The notes under the pieces were generated by a model, which did no database searches, was not told the DNA's origin, and saw nothing but the letters and a program-made list of their open reading frames with translations. From a virus (taxonomy: Duplodnaviria; Caudoviricetes): a DNA stretch of 56,858 nt. The stretch is taken from positions 1 to 56,858 of the IMG/VR virus record IMGVR_UViG_3300047548_000085; one strand, written 5' to 3'. Numbering within the stretch: position 1 is the stretch's first letter; every line of letters starts with the position of its first letter. Shown piece by piece: positions 1 to 8,720 of the stretch. The position numbers and the translations under genes are program-made.

Positions 1-44
1 GTGTTTAGATGCGGTAGGTATGTAACCTTGTATAGAATATGCAT
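1..44 (-). CDS. N-terminus of a gene running off the window (MHILYKVTYLPHLN...), possibly a GIY-YIG/Seg-like homing endonuclease
   Basis: Read manually: ATG at 44-42 preceded by AGGAGGTG Shine-Dalgarno and a CTAAATA late-promoter-like motif (61-67). 'ILYKVT' resembles the first GIY-YIG strand, but only 14 codons are visible. Confidence 0.35.
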   Translation of the reverse strand, partial: MHILYKVTYLPHLN

Positions 45-97
45 ATTCACCTCCTACATCTATTTAGACATTTCAGTTTTTCTAATAGGTGTCGTGG

Positions 98-250
98 TTA
101 AAAATGTTTTCCAAATAAACAGTAAACAACGAACCACTTGTCTGGTGGATTCTCAATCCAATATGGATTTACACGAAAAGAGAGTTCCCAGTCTCTTGAA
201 AACTGGAAATGTCTCTTTCCAAAACGAATGTTGAACCACAGATTGCTCAA
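98..250 (-). CDS. small aromatic-rich hypothetical protein (50 aa, MSNLWFNIRFGKRHFQFSRDWELSFRVNPYWIENPPDKWFVVYCLFGKHF)
   Basis: Not in the ORF track. TTG start overlaps the ATPase TGA stop (TTGA), with AGGTAGG upstream; open to TAA at 98-100; fills the gap on the coding strand. Confidence 0.55.
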   Translation of the reverse strand: MSNLWFNIRFGKRHFQFSRDWELSFRVNPYWIENPPDKWFVVYCLFGKHF

Positions 251-1449
251 ATGAAACCTACCTTTCTTGTCTTAGCAGATTCTGCTTGGGCAGATTGCTG
301 GTTGAAGATCTCAGCCAGTGTATACTTCTGAGTTTCCTTACCACGTGGACGAATTGGTAGTTCAACACCAAGTTTGTCAGCGAGGTTTTGTGCTTGCTGT
401 ACGTCAAGTGCATCGAATGTGACGATATCAAAGCAACGTCCTGGACGAACAAGTGCACTGTCAATATCACGAACGCTTGGTAGGTTGGTAGAGAAAATCA
501 TCTTCTTACCTTTGGTAGTCACAAGACCATCACCTACGTTTAGGAATCGGTGCATCATTGTATTACCATCGCTACGAGATTTCAAGAATGCATCGCTATC
601 TTCAAGAACCATAACTTCGGCATCATCTTCGATAAAGCGAGCAAAGAAGCCATCCTTTTCAAGAATGCCTGAGTCATAGGTTACGATTGCAGATGCGTTA
701 CGATGTGCAAGCAGACCACGAATGAATGTAGTCTTACCAGTTCCAGGTGGTCCAATTAGGAGAAGGATGTTTGCGTTGCTGTCCATGTAGCGATCGTAGT
801 AATCTTCTAGAGATTCATCGCCAAGGAATGGATACATTTCTTTGACAGGTAGTCGTGCACGATTTAGTGGTACGTTGACAGAGTTACCATCACCACCATA
901 AACCCATTCGATGTAAGATGTCACAACATCGAACTTTGATTCGACAATCTCAATCATGTCATCGCAGTAGTCAGCGTCACCAAATGCACGAACTTCAGTT
1001 GAGTTGCTGTTCACAGAGAACTTGATGAAGTTGTTAGTTTCACGTTCAACGATGAACCCAGTTGATGAGTTTGTTTGTGCAAAGAGGTTGTCTTTGAATT
1101 GAACTTCTGCCCAACGCTTCCATGTATCACGGTTAGCAAGGACAGTTGTTTCACGTTGCACAGTTGTCTTATTGGCAAGGAGACGTTTCTGAACGATCTC
1201 AGAAGTTACGAGATCCTCAATGTCACTCACACCAAGGAAGATATTGTTATCAGTGTTTTCCATAATCTTTTTCACATTCAAAATGTTATCATAAGTGTCC
1301 CACGTTGGACGTCTTAAAAACTTCTTACCAAATTTTCTACTTCTTCTTATTGTGCTTCTACGAAGTCTCTGAGATATTGATGGTCGTTCAACAACATCAA
1401 TCCCCAGATTCCTCAGCATCTGACTTACCGAGTTGGTCATCATTATCAC
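247..1449 (-). CDS. AAA+ family ATPase
   Basis: Walker A GPPGTGKT, Walker B VMVLEDSD, LNVGDG, sensor-1 STN, D-SALVRPGRCFD second region of homology; ends in 'VGFI'. Start uncertain (about 1440 after AGGTGA, or 1263). Confidence 0.85.
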   Translation of the reverse strand: MIMMTNSVSQMLRNLGIDVVERPSISQRLRRSTIRRSRKFGKKFLRRPTWDTYDNILNVKKIMENTDNNIFLGVSDIEDLVTSEIVQKRLLANKTTVQRETTVLANRDTWKRWAEVQFKDNLFAQTNSSTGFIVERETNNFIKFSVNSNSTEVRAFGDADYCDDMIEIVESKFDVVTSYIEWVYGGDGNSVNVPLNRARLPVKEMYPFLGDESLEDYYDRYMDSNANILLLIGPPGTGKTTFIRGLLAHRNASAIVTYDSGILEKDGFFARFIEDDAEVMVLEDSDAFLKSRSDGNTMMHRFLNVGDGLVTTKGKKMIFSTNLPSVRDIDSALVRPGRCFDIVTFDALDVQQAQNLADKLGVELPIRPRGKETQKYTLAEIFNQQSAQAESAKTRKVGFI

Positions 1450-1966
1450 CTAAAAAATCGTCTAAATCAACTTGTTTCTTTTTGCGTTTTGCTTTCTTGC
1501 GTTCAATGAAGTCATCCAGCTGATGGTTTTGTTGCATGAACTCCATGTATTGGTTATGGAACTCTCGATCTTCATCTTGCTCTTGAGTTTCAAACATCTC
1601 AAAAGGCATGTCCATAATCAACTTACCTTTAATATAACTCTGTTTCTTTTCCTTGGCAATCCTACGCAAGAATGCATAGTAGATAATCTGTGTGAAGTAT
1701 GCAAAAGGATTGTTGGACTTCGTTGGATCAAAGTTATCAATATACTGAATGCAGTTCTCCACACCATCAAGAATCATATCCTCTCGATACGAGTAGTTTA
1801 TAAAGTTGGGTTTGTAGGAGAGATGGGTAGCGATCTTTAAAATACACTCACCGATGTAGTTGCTGACAACAGGTTTGGGTAATCCAAGTTCTTCTGCTTC
1901 TTTGTTCTTAGCCTTCATCTCTACGATTGCTGCTAAGAAGTCAGCGTTATTTACATAGTGTGCCAT
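1397..1966 (-). CDS. gp55: T4-like late-transcription sigma factor gp55
   Basis: HYVNN..F, YIGEC..KIA..LS.KPNF.NY.Y.EDMI.DG.ENC..Y..NFDP.KS.NPFAYFTQI.YYAFLRRI.KEKKQ signature; syntenic with uvsW. Confidence 0.95.
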   Translation of the reverse strand: MAHYVNNADFLAAIVEMKAKNKEAEELGLPKPVVSNYIGECILKIATHLSYKPNFINYSYREDMILDGVENCIQYIDNFDPTKSNNPFAYFTQIIYYAFLRRIAKEKKQSYIKGKLIMDMPFEMFETQEQDEDREFHNQYMEFMQQNHQLDDFIERKKAKRKKKQVDLDDFLGDNDDQLGKSDAEESGD

Positions 1967-2002
1967 ACATGGTTGTTCCTCATTTAGTTCAAGTTATTCA
2001 TA

Positions 2003-2031
2003 AGTATACATCAACTACAACTGCAAGGCAA
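2003..2031 (-). promoter_or_regulatory. sigma70-like early/middle promoter for gp55
   Basis: Minus strand reads TTGCCT-17 nt-TATACT, ending about 37 nt upstream of the gp55 ATG. Confidence 0.65.
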
Positions 2032-2054
2032 ATCTAATTCATTACAAAATAAAT

Positions 2055-2083
2055 TTGCTTTTTTATTTGTCTTGAGGCATAAT
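2055..2083 (+). promoter_or_regulatory. sigma70-like promoter on the plus strand (antisense to the uvsY-uvsW block)
   Basis: AAAT-TTGCTT-17 nt-CATAAT; shares AAATTTGCTTTTTT with the uvsY promoter. Confidence 0.4.
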
Positions 2084-2112
2084 TCAGGGTGTCTAGGGAT
2101 GATTATGATACA

Positions 2113-2577
2113 TTAGTTTAGTGTATCGTTTCCATCGACTAAGAACTTCAGTTTCTCTTTCCAGTCGATTTCTTCCTCTTCTCCAAGAATGCCTTTGAGT
2201 TGTTGAACTGCCTTTCGAGCAGTTTCGGGAGTCATCTCGTCTTCCCAAGATAACGCTTCTTCTTGACCATTTGGAACGAACAGAGTTGTGTTTTCATGTT
2301 CGTTCACAATTCTCTGATAGTGGGGGATGAATACGTGGTGCAACTTCTTCATAAAAAGAATGTTGTTCTTTGGGATTACAAAATCAGATTCATCCGTGAA
2401 TGCACATAGAGGTGCAGCTGTGAGGTGTTCTTTACCTGCTTCAAAATTCATTATGGATCTCATTACCATTGGGTGTTCAACGAGAACATGCTGATCATCT
2501 TCATTACGCAAGACTGCCATCACATTCTCACCAGATGTAAGTTTGAATACAACGTAAAATTCATCACCAGTTAGCAT
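2113..2577 (-). CDS. conserved T4-like hypothetical protein between uvsW and gp55 (Sm/SH3-like beta-barrel N-terminus)
   Basis: VVFKLTSGE.V.A motif and position typical of cyanophage-type T4-likes; overlaps the uvsW stop. Confidence 0.65.
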   Translation of the reverse strand: MLTGDEFYVVFKLTSGENVMAVLRNEDDQHVLVEHPMVMRSIMNFEAGKEHLTAAPLCAFTDESDFVIPKNNILFMKKLHHVFIPHYQRIVNEHENTTLFVPNGQEEALSWEDEMTPETARKAVQQLKGILGEEEEIDWKEKLKFLVDGNDTLN

Positions 2578-4088
2578 ATCTCCACCTCTACAATCTTGAC
2601 CTTAAATTCTTCTTCAGCGTAGGTCTTATAACGCTCTGCAGCATGGTTAAGAGTATGGTTCTTCCAAGACTTCCAATGCAGATCGTCAGCAATATCAAAT
2701 AATTTACAAGACGCTTTACCGTCTTTCAATCTCAAGCCACGACCAATACTTTGCAGGTTACGAATCTTGGACTTGCTTGGCGATGCGAAGATGACATTCT
2801 CGATAGACGGTATATTGATCCCAGTTGAGAATGTACCAAAACTAGCAACAATAATTGCATCACTTTCTTGTTCAGTGATATGACGGATAGATTCACGATC
2901 TGTTACATCTGTTCCACCATATACAAAGAACACTTTTCTATTATCGTGTACTTTTCCTCTGATCATCTCATAGAGAATCTTGCCATGTTTTTCAACATAC
3001 TGAAAGAGGACAAGAGTATTACCTTTGGATGCTACGGCTAAATTGCGTATGAATTTATTACGCTTTTCGTTGGTGACTAACCAATCCATCTCTTCTTGAT
3101 ACGTCTTGTTTTTTCTTTCTTTACGAACCTCGTCTGAGTATTTCAGAATCAGACAAGTAATATTTAGGCTAGACAATCTTCCAGAATCCATCAACGCTTT
3201 GGTTGATGTTACTTTATGTACTGGACCAAAAATACCTTCAAGCACTAACTGATGAACTTTCTTGTTATCAAGAGTACCAGTTGTACCAACACGATAGCGA
3301 ATATTGTCCATCTTTTCCATAGTGGAAGTTAAAGACTTCGCTTTGAATTGGTGTGCTTCGTCACCGAAGATTACATTGAATTGTTTGAACCAAGACTTTG
3401 GTTGTAGATAGATGGATTGCCAAGTAGTGATTAACACATCCTTAGTAAATTCTTTTGGGAAGCCACTGTAAAGTTTTTGGCAGTGGCTCTTAACTGACCA
3501 GTTGTTGACAGAAGAATAATCTTCGAAGTCAGAATACATCTGCTCAACAAGAGATGTAGTTGGTACAATAAGAATGCACTTGCGACCTTCAGCAATGTGA
3601 TGGCGCATTACAGAGTAAATAATAAATGACTTACCAGAGCCAGTGGGAGATAATAGGAGTGTTCTTTCTTCGTTGACTGCCTTTTGAATAGCGTCAATCT
3701 GATAGTCACGAATCTCAATCTTCTCTGGCAGTTCTAATGCTTTGACGAAAGTTTCAACATCATCATGTGTGATGTTATTTTTAGTGTAAACGCTCTCGCC
3801 TTTATGTGTTAGGAGATAATCGTTGCGTTCACAAAACTTTTCGATGTAGTCAAGCAGACCGATGTAGATGGTCTTTCTTATTGGATCTAATAATCTTACA
3901 CGTCCATCCCAGAGCCTTGCTTTATATTGTGGAGTAAATTTTGCTCCAGGATATTCATATGTGAAGAAATCAACCATCTCTTGTTCAATAGATGGTTCTG
4001 AGAATACTCTCATGTAAACTTCATCAAGTTTCTCAATTGTTACTACGTTTTGTATTTCGTTCTGCATTTTTTCTGCGAATACCTTCAC
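2571..4088 (-). CDS. uvsW: UvsW SF2 DNA/RNA-DNA helicase
   Basis: WDG.VRL, RDYQ, SPTGSGKS, VPTTSLVEQM, DEAH, GTTGT, FSTGINI, LQSIGRGLR motifs. Confidence 0.95.
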   Translation of the reverse strand: MKVFAEKMQNEIQNVVTIEKLDEVYMRVFSEPSIEQEMVDFFTYEYPGAKFTPQYKARLWDGRVRLLDPIRKTIYIGLLDYIEKFCERNDYLLTHKGESVYTKNNITHDDVETFVKALELPEKIEIRDYQIDAIQKAVNEERTLLLSPTGSGKSFIIYSVMRHHIAEGRKCILIVPTTSLVEQMYSDFEDYSSVNNWSVKSHCQKLYSGFPKEFTKDVLITTWQSIYLQPKSWFKQFNVIFGDEAHQFKAKSLTSTMEKMDNIRYRVGTTGTLDNKKVHQLVLEGIFGPVHKVTSTKALMDSGRLSSLNITCLILKYSDEVRKERKNKTYQEEMDWLVTNEKRNKFIRNLAVASKGNTLVLFQYVEKHGKILYEMIRGKVHDNRKVFFVYGGTDVTDRESIRHITEQESDAIIVASFGTFSTGINIPSIENVIFASPSKSKIRNLQSIGRGLRLKDGKASCKLFDIADDLHWKSWKNHTLNHAAERYKTYAEEEFKVKIVEVEIC

Positions 4089-4526
4089 TCACTGCCCAGC
4101 AAGGAACATTTTCCACTGGATGGCTGACTTAATTTGCCAGTCTCTGGCTTTGATTTGCTGAAGAATAGATTCTAAAAGATAAATCATAGTCTCAAGATAC
4201 TTAATCTTGACCTCAAGAGAATTTAGGTCTTCATCTCCAGTGAGGAATTCATCCATCTCATTCTTGAGTGGTTTAATACCTTGCCACTGATCCCAGTTAC
4301 GCTCTTTCAATTCATCACGTGACATCTCGCCACGGAAGTAACGGAATTTATTTTTGCGTGCTAGGTTATAATCAGATTGAAGTTTAGTATGCTTGAGTTT
4401 TACTTGTACAAGCATCTTAACATATTTGGCGTGGAGTTTTGGAGTGGCAACAGATTGTTCACCGAGATAGTTGTCATCAATCTCAGCGTCTGCTTCCCAC
4501 ATTTCTTGCAATTGTTCAATATTCAT
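4089..4526 (-). CDS. uvsY: UvsY recombination mediator
   Basis: W..D..ID...L......PKLHAKY ... R.WQIK.AI.W..F.AG; adjacent to uvsW. Confidence 0.9.
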   Translation of the reverse strand: MNIEQLQEMWEADAEIDDNYLGEQSVATPKLHAKYVKMLVQVKLKHTKLQSDYNLARKNKFRYFRGEMSRDELKERNWDQWQGIKPLKNEMDEFLTGDEDLNSLEVKIKYLETMIYLLESILQQIKARDWQIKSAIQWKMFLAGQ

Positions 4527-4552
4527 AATAACCTCAAAATTGTTATAGAGTA

Positions 4553-4581
4553 ATTATACCCCATCCATTACAAAAAAGCAA
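4553..4581 (-). promoter_or_regulatory. sigma70-like early/middle promoter for uvsY-uvsW
   Basis: Minus strand TTGCTT-17 nt-TATAAT; overlaps the palindrome GCAAATTTGC (4578-4587). Confidence 0.7.
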
Positions 4582-4588
4582 ATTTGCC

Positions 4589-5140
4589 TTACAAGAATTT
4601 GTAGTATGTATACTTAAATGTTGCATTTCCAACCAGATACTGAACGTCTGTGTTAGTTGATTGGAAAGATAGTGACCCAAGAGTAGTTGGGTATAGGTCA
4701 ACAAACTGAACTTGCTTTGCAACTTTGTTTGTACCAGTTAGAATTGATAGCGTACCATCAGAATAGTTCTTTGCTAGTTCTGAGAAGTGAGTGTTGTCTG
4801 TTGCAACGTAGTCAGTGTATTGTTCATGTTTGATTGGAAAACCTAAACCATTCATCCAATTAAAGACTGCTTGGTAGTTTGCCATCTCTGAATCAACTAG
4901 GAATTGTACACGCAACTCACCGAAGTTTAACATCTCTCCTGGAACTGGAACAATAGTTAGTGGTGTTGCTTGTTCAATGTCACCAAGATCTACTTCAGGA
5001 AGATCTACTTGCTGACAGAAGAAATTAACCTCTGGTAACTTAGCGATGCTAAGCATAAAACCATTAGGTGAAAGTGGCACAATGTTGTCAGGAAACGGAC
5101 AACTGATTGTATATGGGTTTGGTGTAATATTGATAGCCAT
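4589..5140 (-). CDS. gp3: gp3-like tail tube terminator / tail completion protein
   Basis: LSPNGF...P.V.FFCQ.V.LP...PG..L.F..L.V.FLVD..M.NY..V.NW..GLGFP; lies between gp23 and uvsY. Confidence 0.85.
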   Translation of the reverse strand: MAINITPNPYTISCPFPDNIVPLSPNGFMLSIAKLPEVNFFCQQVDLPEVDLGDIEQATPLTIVPVPGEMLNFGELRVQFLVDSEMANYQAVFNWMNGLGFPIKHEQYTDYVATDNTHFSELAKNYSDGTLSILTGTNKVAKQVQFVDLYPTTLGSLSFQSTNTDVQYLVGNATFKYTYYKFL

Positions 5141-5145
5141 ACGAT

Positions 5146-5152
5146 TATTTAT
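5146..5152 (-). promoter_or_regulatory. gp55-type late promoter (ATAAATA)
   Basis: ATAAATA just upstream of gp3; matches the T4 late consensus TATAAATA at 7 of 8 positions and recurs upstream of many structural genes. Confidence 0.65.
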
Positions 5153-5154
5153 CC

Positions 5155-5189
5155 AAATAAAAAAGAGGGATCTCGAAAGACCCCTCTTT
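5155..5189 (-). terminator. rho-independent terminator after gp23
   Basis: AAAGAGGGGTCT-TTCG-AGATCCCTCTTT stem-loop followed by a U-tract. Confidence 0.85.
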
Positions 5190-5228
5190 AAGTACCGCTC
5201 TACGTCGGCTCAGTAGCCAACCTAACGA

Positions 5229-6527
5229 TTACATTAGGTTAGAAACCTTAACACGACGGTAGTAGTAGTTTGCGTTAGCAGTTAGGTTGTCCTGACCGCT
5301 AGTACCATCGTCAAGGTTGACGAATGGGTTAGCAACTAGACCGTAACGAGTCTTGAAACCAATCTTTGGTTGGAAGCTGTTTGGATCAACAGCACGAACC
5401 ATTTGTAGAGGTACGTATGGGCAGTAGAACAGACCAGCATCAAATGCTGACTGACCCTTGTAACCAACTACGAAGAATTGAGTTGAAGATACGTTTGCAG
5501 TGTATGGGTCAACGAACACTTTATACTTACCGTTTAGAACACCAGCGTAAGTAGTTGAAGTGTCATCAACAGTTAGATCGTTCTTGCCAGTTAGACCAGA
5601 TGAGTAGTCTAGAACACCAGCCATCGCTAGAGCAGACGCAACGTCAGCAGAAGTGATGATGATGTTACCACGACCACGACGAGTTTGTTGACCGATGGCA
5701 TTGGCTTCACGTTCGATTTGGAACATTAGACCCTTGAACTTTTCAACTGACCAACGACCGTTAGAGTCAGTATCTAGGTCGAAAGTACCAGCAGTAGTAG
5801 TACCAACTGCAGCACCTGCTTTAGCAGTCTTGTAGATAGTACGGATAACTTCACGGTTGATTTCAGCAAGAATCTCAGTTGAAAGGATGTTGCTTAGTTC
5901 ACCTTCAGCATCAAGACCATGAACAGACTTCATATCTTGTGCTAGTTCGATTGAGTATTCAGCCTTTAGAGCACGAGTCTTAGCAGTTACGCTAGTCTTC
6001 TCGATTGAGAATGCCATTTGACCGAATGAACCGTCACCTGAACCACCTTGACCTAGACGCTCACCGTCAGCAGTTGCTAGACCAGTACCAGTAGTTTCTG
6101 AACCACCGAAGTCATAAACACCTGAGTGAGTACCAGTACCTGAGAAGTCTGAATCTGCTTCGTTGAATAGAGCCTCAGTACCACCTTGTGAAGTGTAACG
6201 AGACTTCATTGCGAAGATTAGACCAGTTGGTTGAGTCATTGGCTGAACACCGCAAACGTCATAAGCGATCATTTGTGGCATTGCACGACGAACTAGGCTG
6301 ATTAGAACTGGATCGAACTTAGCGAAACCAGCAGTGTCAGGATATGAACCAACAGCGTTCGCTGGAGCAGCTTCGAAAAGTGCTTCACGTTGCTTTTGCA
6401 TTTCACGTTCTTGGTTCTCTAGAAGAACAGCAGTAACTTCCTTACGGTAGTTATCACGGATTGCTGGGGCAGATTCGTGGTTTAGAACTGGTGCCCACTT
6501 TTCCATTAGTTGTTGACGAGTAGTCAT
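5229..6527 (-). CDS. gp23: major capsid protein gp23
   Basis: KW.PVL, LLENQ, DPVLISLVRRAMP..IAYDVCGVQPM..PTGLIFAM, AKTRALKAEYSIELAQD, EINREVIR, FYCPYVPLQM, FQPKIGFKTRYG. Confidence 0.98.
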   Translation of the reverse strand: MTTRQQLMEKWAPVLNHESAPAIRDNYRKEVTAVLLENQEREMQKQREALFEAAPANAVGSYPDTAGFAKFDPVLISLVRRAMPQMIAYDVCGVQPMTQPTGLIFAMKSRYTSQGGTEALFNEADSDFSGTGTHSGVYDFGGSETTGTGLATADGERLGQGGSGDGSFGQMAFSIEKTSVTAKTRALKAEYSIELAQDMKSVHGLDAEGELSNILSTEILAEINREVIRTIYKTAKAGAAVGTTTAGTFDLDTDSNGRWSVEKFKGLMFQIEREANAIGQQTRRGRGNIIITSADVASALAMAGVLDYSSGLTGKNDLTVDDTSTTYAGVLNGKYKVFVDPYTANVSSTQFFVVGYKGQSAFDAGLFYCPYVPLQMVRAVDPNSFQPKIGFKTRYGLVANPFVNLDDGTSGQDNLTANANYYYRRVKVSNLM

Positions 6528-6538
6528 GTTTTTATTCC

Positions 6539-7552
6539 TTATTTTACGATTTTGTTGAGTGCTGACAGATATGAAGCGATAGTTGGATCAACTTCTGGCT
6601 TCTTTTCTTCAGTTAGTGTTTCAACTGGAGTATCTGTAACTACTGATTTAACATCAGCTGCTTTGGTTGTGAAATAATTTTCACGGATAGTCTTTACTTT
6701 AGTTTCAAAAGTAGATGCATCTTCGTAAGAAAGTTCTTCTACTAGACCTAGGAACTTTTCAGTTTCAATGTCAGTAAGACCTTCGCTTACAGTCTTAACG
6801 ATTTCTTGACGTTGTGCTTCTGCGATTGTCTTAGACATTTCAACATTAGCAGCAACTTGCTCGTTAAGTTTTGCTTCTAGTTCTTCAACTTGCTCTTCTA
6901 GTGAACCAACTAGATCGAATTTCTCTTCAGGAATATCGATATAGTGTTCTTCGAAAAGACTCTTTAGACCACTTACAAATCCTTCAAGAATGTCGGATTT
7001 GATACCACGCTCAAGGGCAATTTCATTCTGTGCCATCCACTGCTCGGCAATATAACCGAGATATCCATCAACTTGTTCAACAAGACCCTCTGTATTCTTT
7101 TCAACTTGCTCAGCAAGTTTACTTTCGAATTCTTCTTCTAGACGAGCAACTTCTTGATTAACACGAGCCATAACAGCTGCTTCAAAAATAGTAGTTGCTT
7201 TGTCTTTAAATTCTTCTGTTAATTCTTCGCCATTGAATAGTGCATCCATGTCTTCCTTAACACCCTTGACAGCAGTACCCTTGCGAACAACTTCTTTGTC
7301 GCCAGCAACGCTAGAAGCAGTAGCTGGGTTAGCAACCTTAGAAGTAGCATCTTCTGCATCGTCTTGGTCGTCTACGTTGTTACGGGCATTGTCTGGGTTT
7401 GGTGTTTCACCACCATTTGGAACTGGGTGTCCCTGACGAATTACTGATTGGTCGCCAGCAGAAGCATTCTCTTTAGTAGATTTGCTTCCACCTTCATTGC
7501 CATGGATCTTTGCTTCGGCAAGGATCTCAGCGATTTTTTGTTCGATTGACAT
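6539..7552 (-). CDS. gp22: prohead core scaffold protein gp22
   Basis: Acidic coiled coil; LTEEFK.KA.TIFEAAV, VD.YL.Y..E.W..N..A.E.GIK, GLK.LF.EHYI.IPEEK. Confidence 0.92.
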   Translation of the reverse strand: MSIEQKIAEILAEAKIHGNEGGSKSTKENASAGDQSVIRQGHPVPNGGETPNPDNARNNVDDQDDAEDATSKVANPATASSVAGDKEVVRKGTAVKGVKEDMDALFNGEELTEEFKDKATTIFEAAVMARVNQEVARLEEEFESKLAEQVEKNTEGLVEQVDGYLGYIAEQWMAQNEIALERGIKSDILEGFVSGLKSLFEEHYIDIPEEKFDLVGSLEEQVEELEAKLNEQVAANVEMSKTIAEAQRQEIVKTVSEGLTDIETEKFLGLVEELSYEDASTFETKVKTIRENYFTTKAADVKSVVTDTPVETLTEEKKPEVDPTIASYLSALNKIVK

Positions 7553-7585
7553 CGTTTTCTCCTAACTGGATAAGTTCTATTAAAT

Positions 7586-7599
7586 TATTTATTATTTAT
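7586..7599 (-). promoter_or_regulatory. tandem late promoters (ATAAATA x2) upstream of gp22-gp23
   Basis: ATAAATA at 7599-7593 and 7592-7586. Confidence 0.7.
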
Positions 7600-8252
7600 C
7601 TGATTTTACTCAGGAAATTTTGGAAAGCGATCATCTTCGCTTCCTGCAATTCTTTTGAAGAAGCCTTACGAATAAACTTCTGAGTTTCTTCAATATGTTT
7701 TTCCACAAACTTTCCATCAACGAAAACCCACTCTTTGTTCTCCATAATCCCACGAACGTAGGCATCTGGAGCAGATGGGTCAGCAACGATGTCAGCTGCT
7801 GTTGACAGCATAAAATCGTCTTGAACAATGGAAATACCCTCATTGTTTGTTTTGAGGGATCCAAGTGCTCTGGATGAAACACCAAGGTTTGCACCGCCAT
7901 CTAGTAAACCACGTGCAATGTTACCCATTGGAGTTTCAAGAATCTTCGCTTTACCGATATAGTTGTGACCTTCTTTACGTAGATCTACGATTAGGTGTGA
8001 AACACGGTCAAGATTGATGCTTGGATTTTCTGGATGACCTAGTTCACCGTATGCTCGGTTGTTCTTAACTTGTTCTTGCATATAGCGAGCAACTTCTTTA
8101 TCCATAATGTCTTCGCTATACATACGCTTATTGCGGTTAACAATATTAGACTGAAGGAAGATACCCTCAATGTAATATTGCTTACCTTTGCCAAGTCCTT
8201 TGTCTTCAACAATGAACTTGGTTTCGTTAATGTCTTCTCTGATTAGTTTCAT
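7596..8252 (-). CDS. gp21: prohead protease gp21
   Basis: YIEGIFLQ...NRN.R.Y, GELGHP..P.INLDRVSH, TPMG.I, LGVSSR.LGSL, DIVADPSAPDA.V.GIME. Confidence 0.96.
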   Translation of the reverse strand: MKLIREDINETKFIVEDKGLGKGKQYYIEGIFLQSNIVNRNKRMYSEDIMDKEVARYMQEQVKNNRAYGELGHPENPSINLDRVSHLIVDLRKEGHNYIGKAKILETPMGNIARGLLDGGANLGVSSRALGSLKTNNEGISIVQDDFMLSTAADIVADPSAPDAYVRGIMENKEWVFVDGKFVEKHIEETQKFIRKASSKELQEAKMIAFQNFLSKIR

Positions 8253-8254
8253 TT

Positions 8255-8719
8255 TTATACCTTATCTGGAGAACCACTTAGTGTAGTAGATGCGCCAACA
8301 CGAGTGCGGTCATCGTAAGCACCGTAAGTAGATTCTTCAACTTTAGTTGCCCAACCAGCTTGTTTACGTAGAACTAGAATACCAGTAACGTCTGTAGCTG
8401 CACCATTAGTAACAACGATGTCGCTAGTGTTCTCGATGTTTAGTGGAACACCCCATGTATTAAATTCTAAGTATGGTGCGTTTTCTGGTGCGCCAGCAAT
8501 AACAAGTTTAGCATTACGAGTAACTGTTACTTTAGAATCTAGTGCACCACTAACAGACCACTTAACAATATCAACAACAGGAGTTCCGCCGACGATAAGT
8601 TCTTGGGTTGCTGCTGCTAATGTATTGATAGTGATAGTGCCTGACTCTGCTGCAGAAGATGCGAAGTGAATCACAGTCTCCTGATTTGTATTCTTTAGTG
8701 TTGTGAAGGTCATTGCCAT
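8255..8719 (-). CDS. head-module hypothetical protein (beta-rich, probably virion-associated)
   Basis: Tightly packed between gp20 and gp21, codon usage like structural genes; no diagnostic motif. Confidence 0.6.
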   Translation of the reverse strand: MAMTFTTLKNTNQETVIHFASSAAESGTITINTLAAATQELIVGGTPVVDIVKWSVSGALDSKVTVTRNAKLVIAGAPENAPYLEFNTWGVPLNIENTSDIVVTNGAATDVTGILVLRKQAGWATKVEESTYGAYDDRTRVGASTTLSGSPDKV

Positions 8720-8720
8720 C

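Noticed and set aside
1-234. Plus-strand 77-aa ORF in the track
   Set aside because: Opposite to the coding strand; the region is better explained by two minus-strand ORFs (98-250 and 1-44) with SD sequences.
4589-5229. Absence of gp24, hoc and soc after gp23 as a novelty
   Set aside because: The gp23-gp3-uvsY-uvsW order without gp24 is usual for cyanophage-type T4-like phages.
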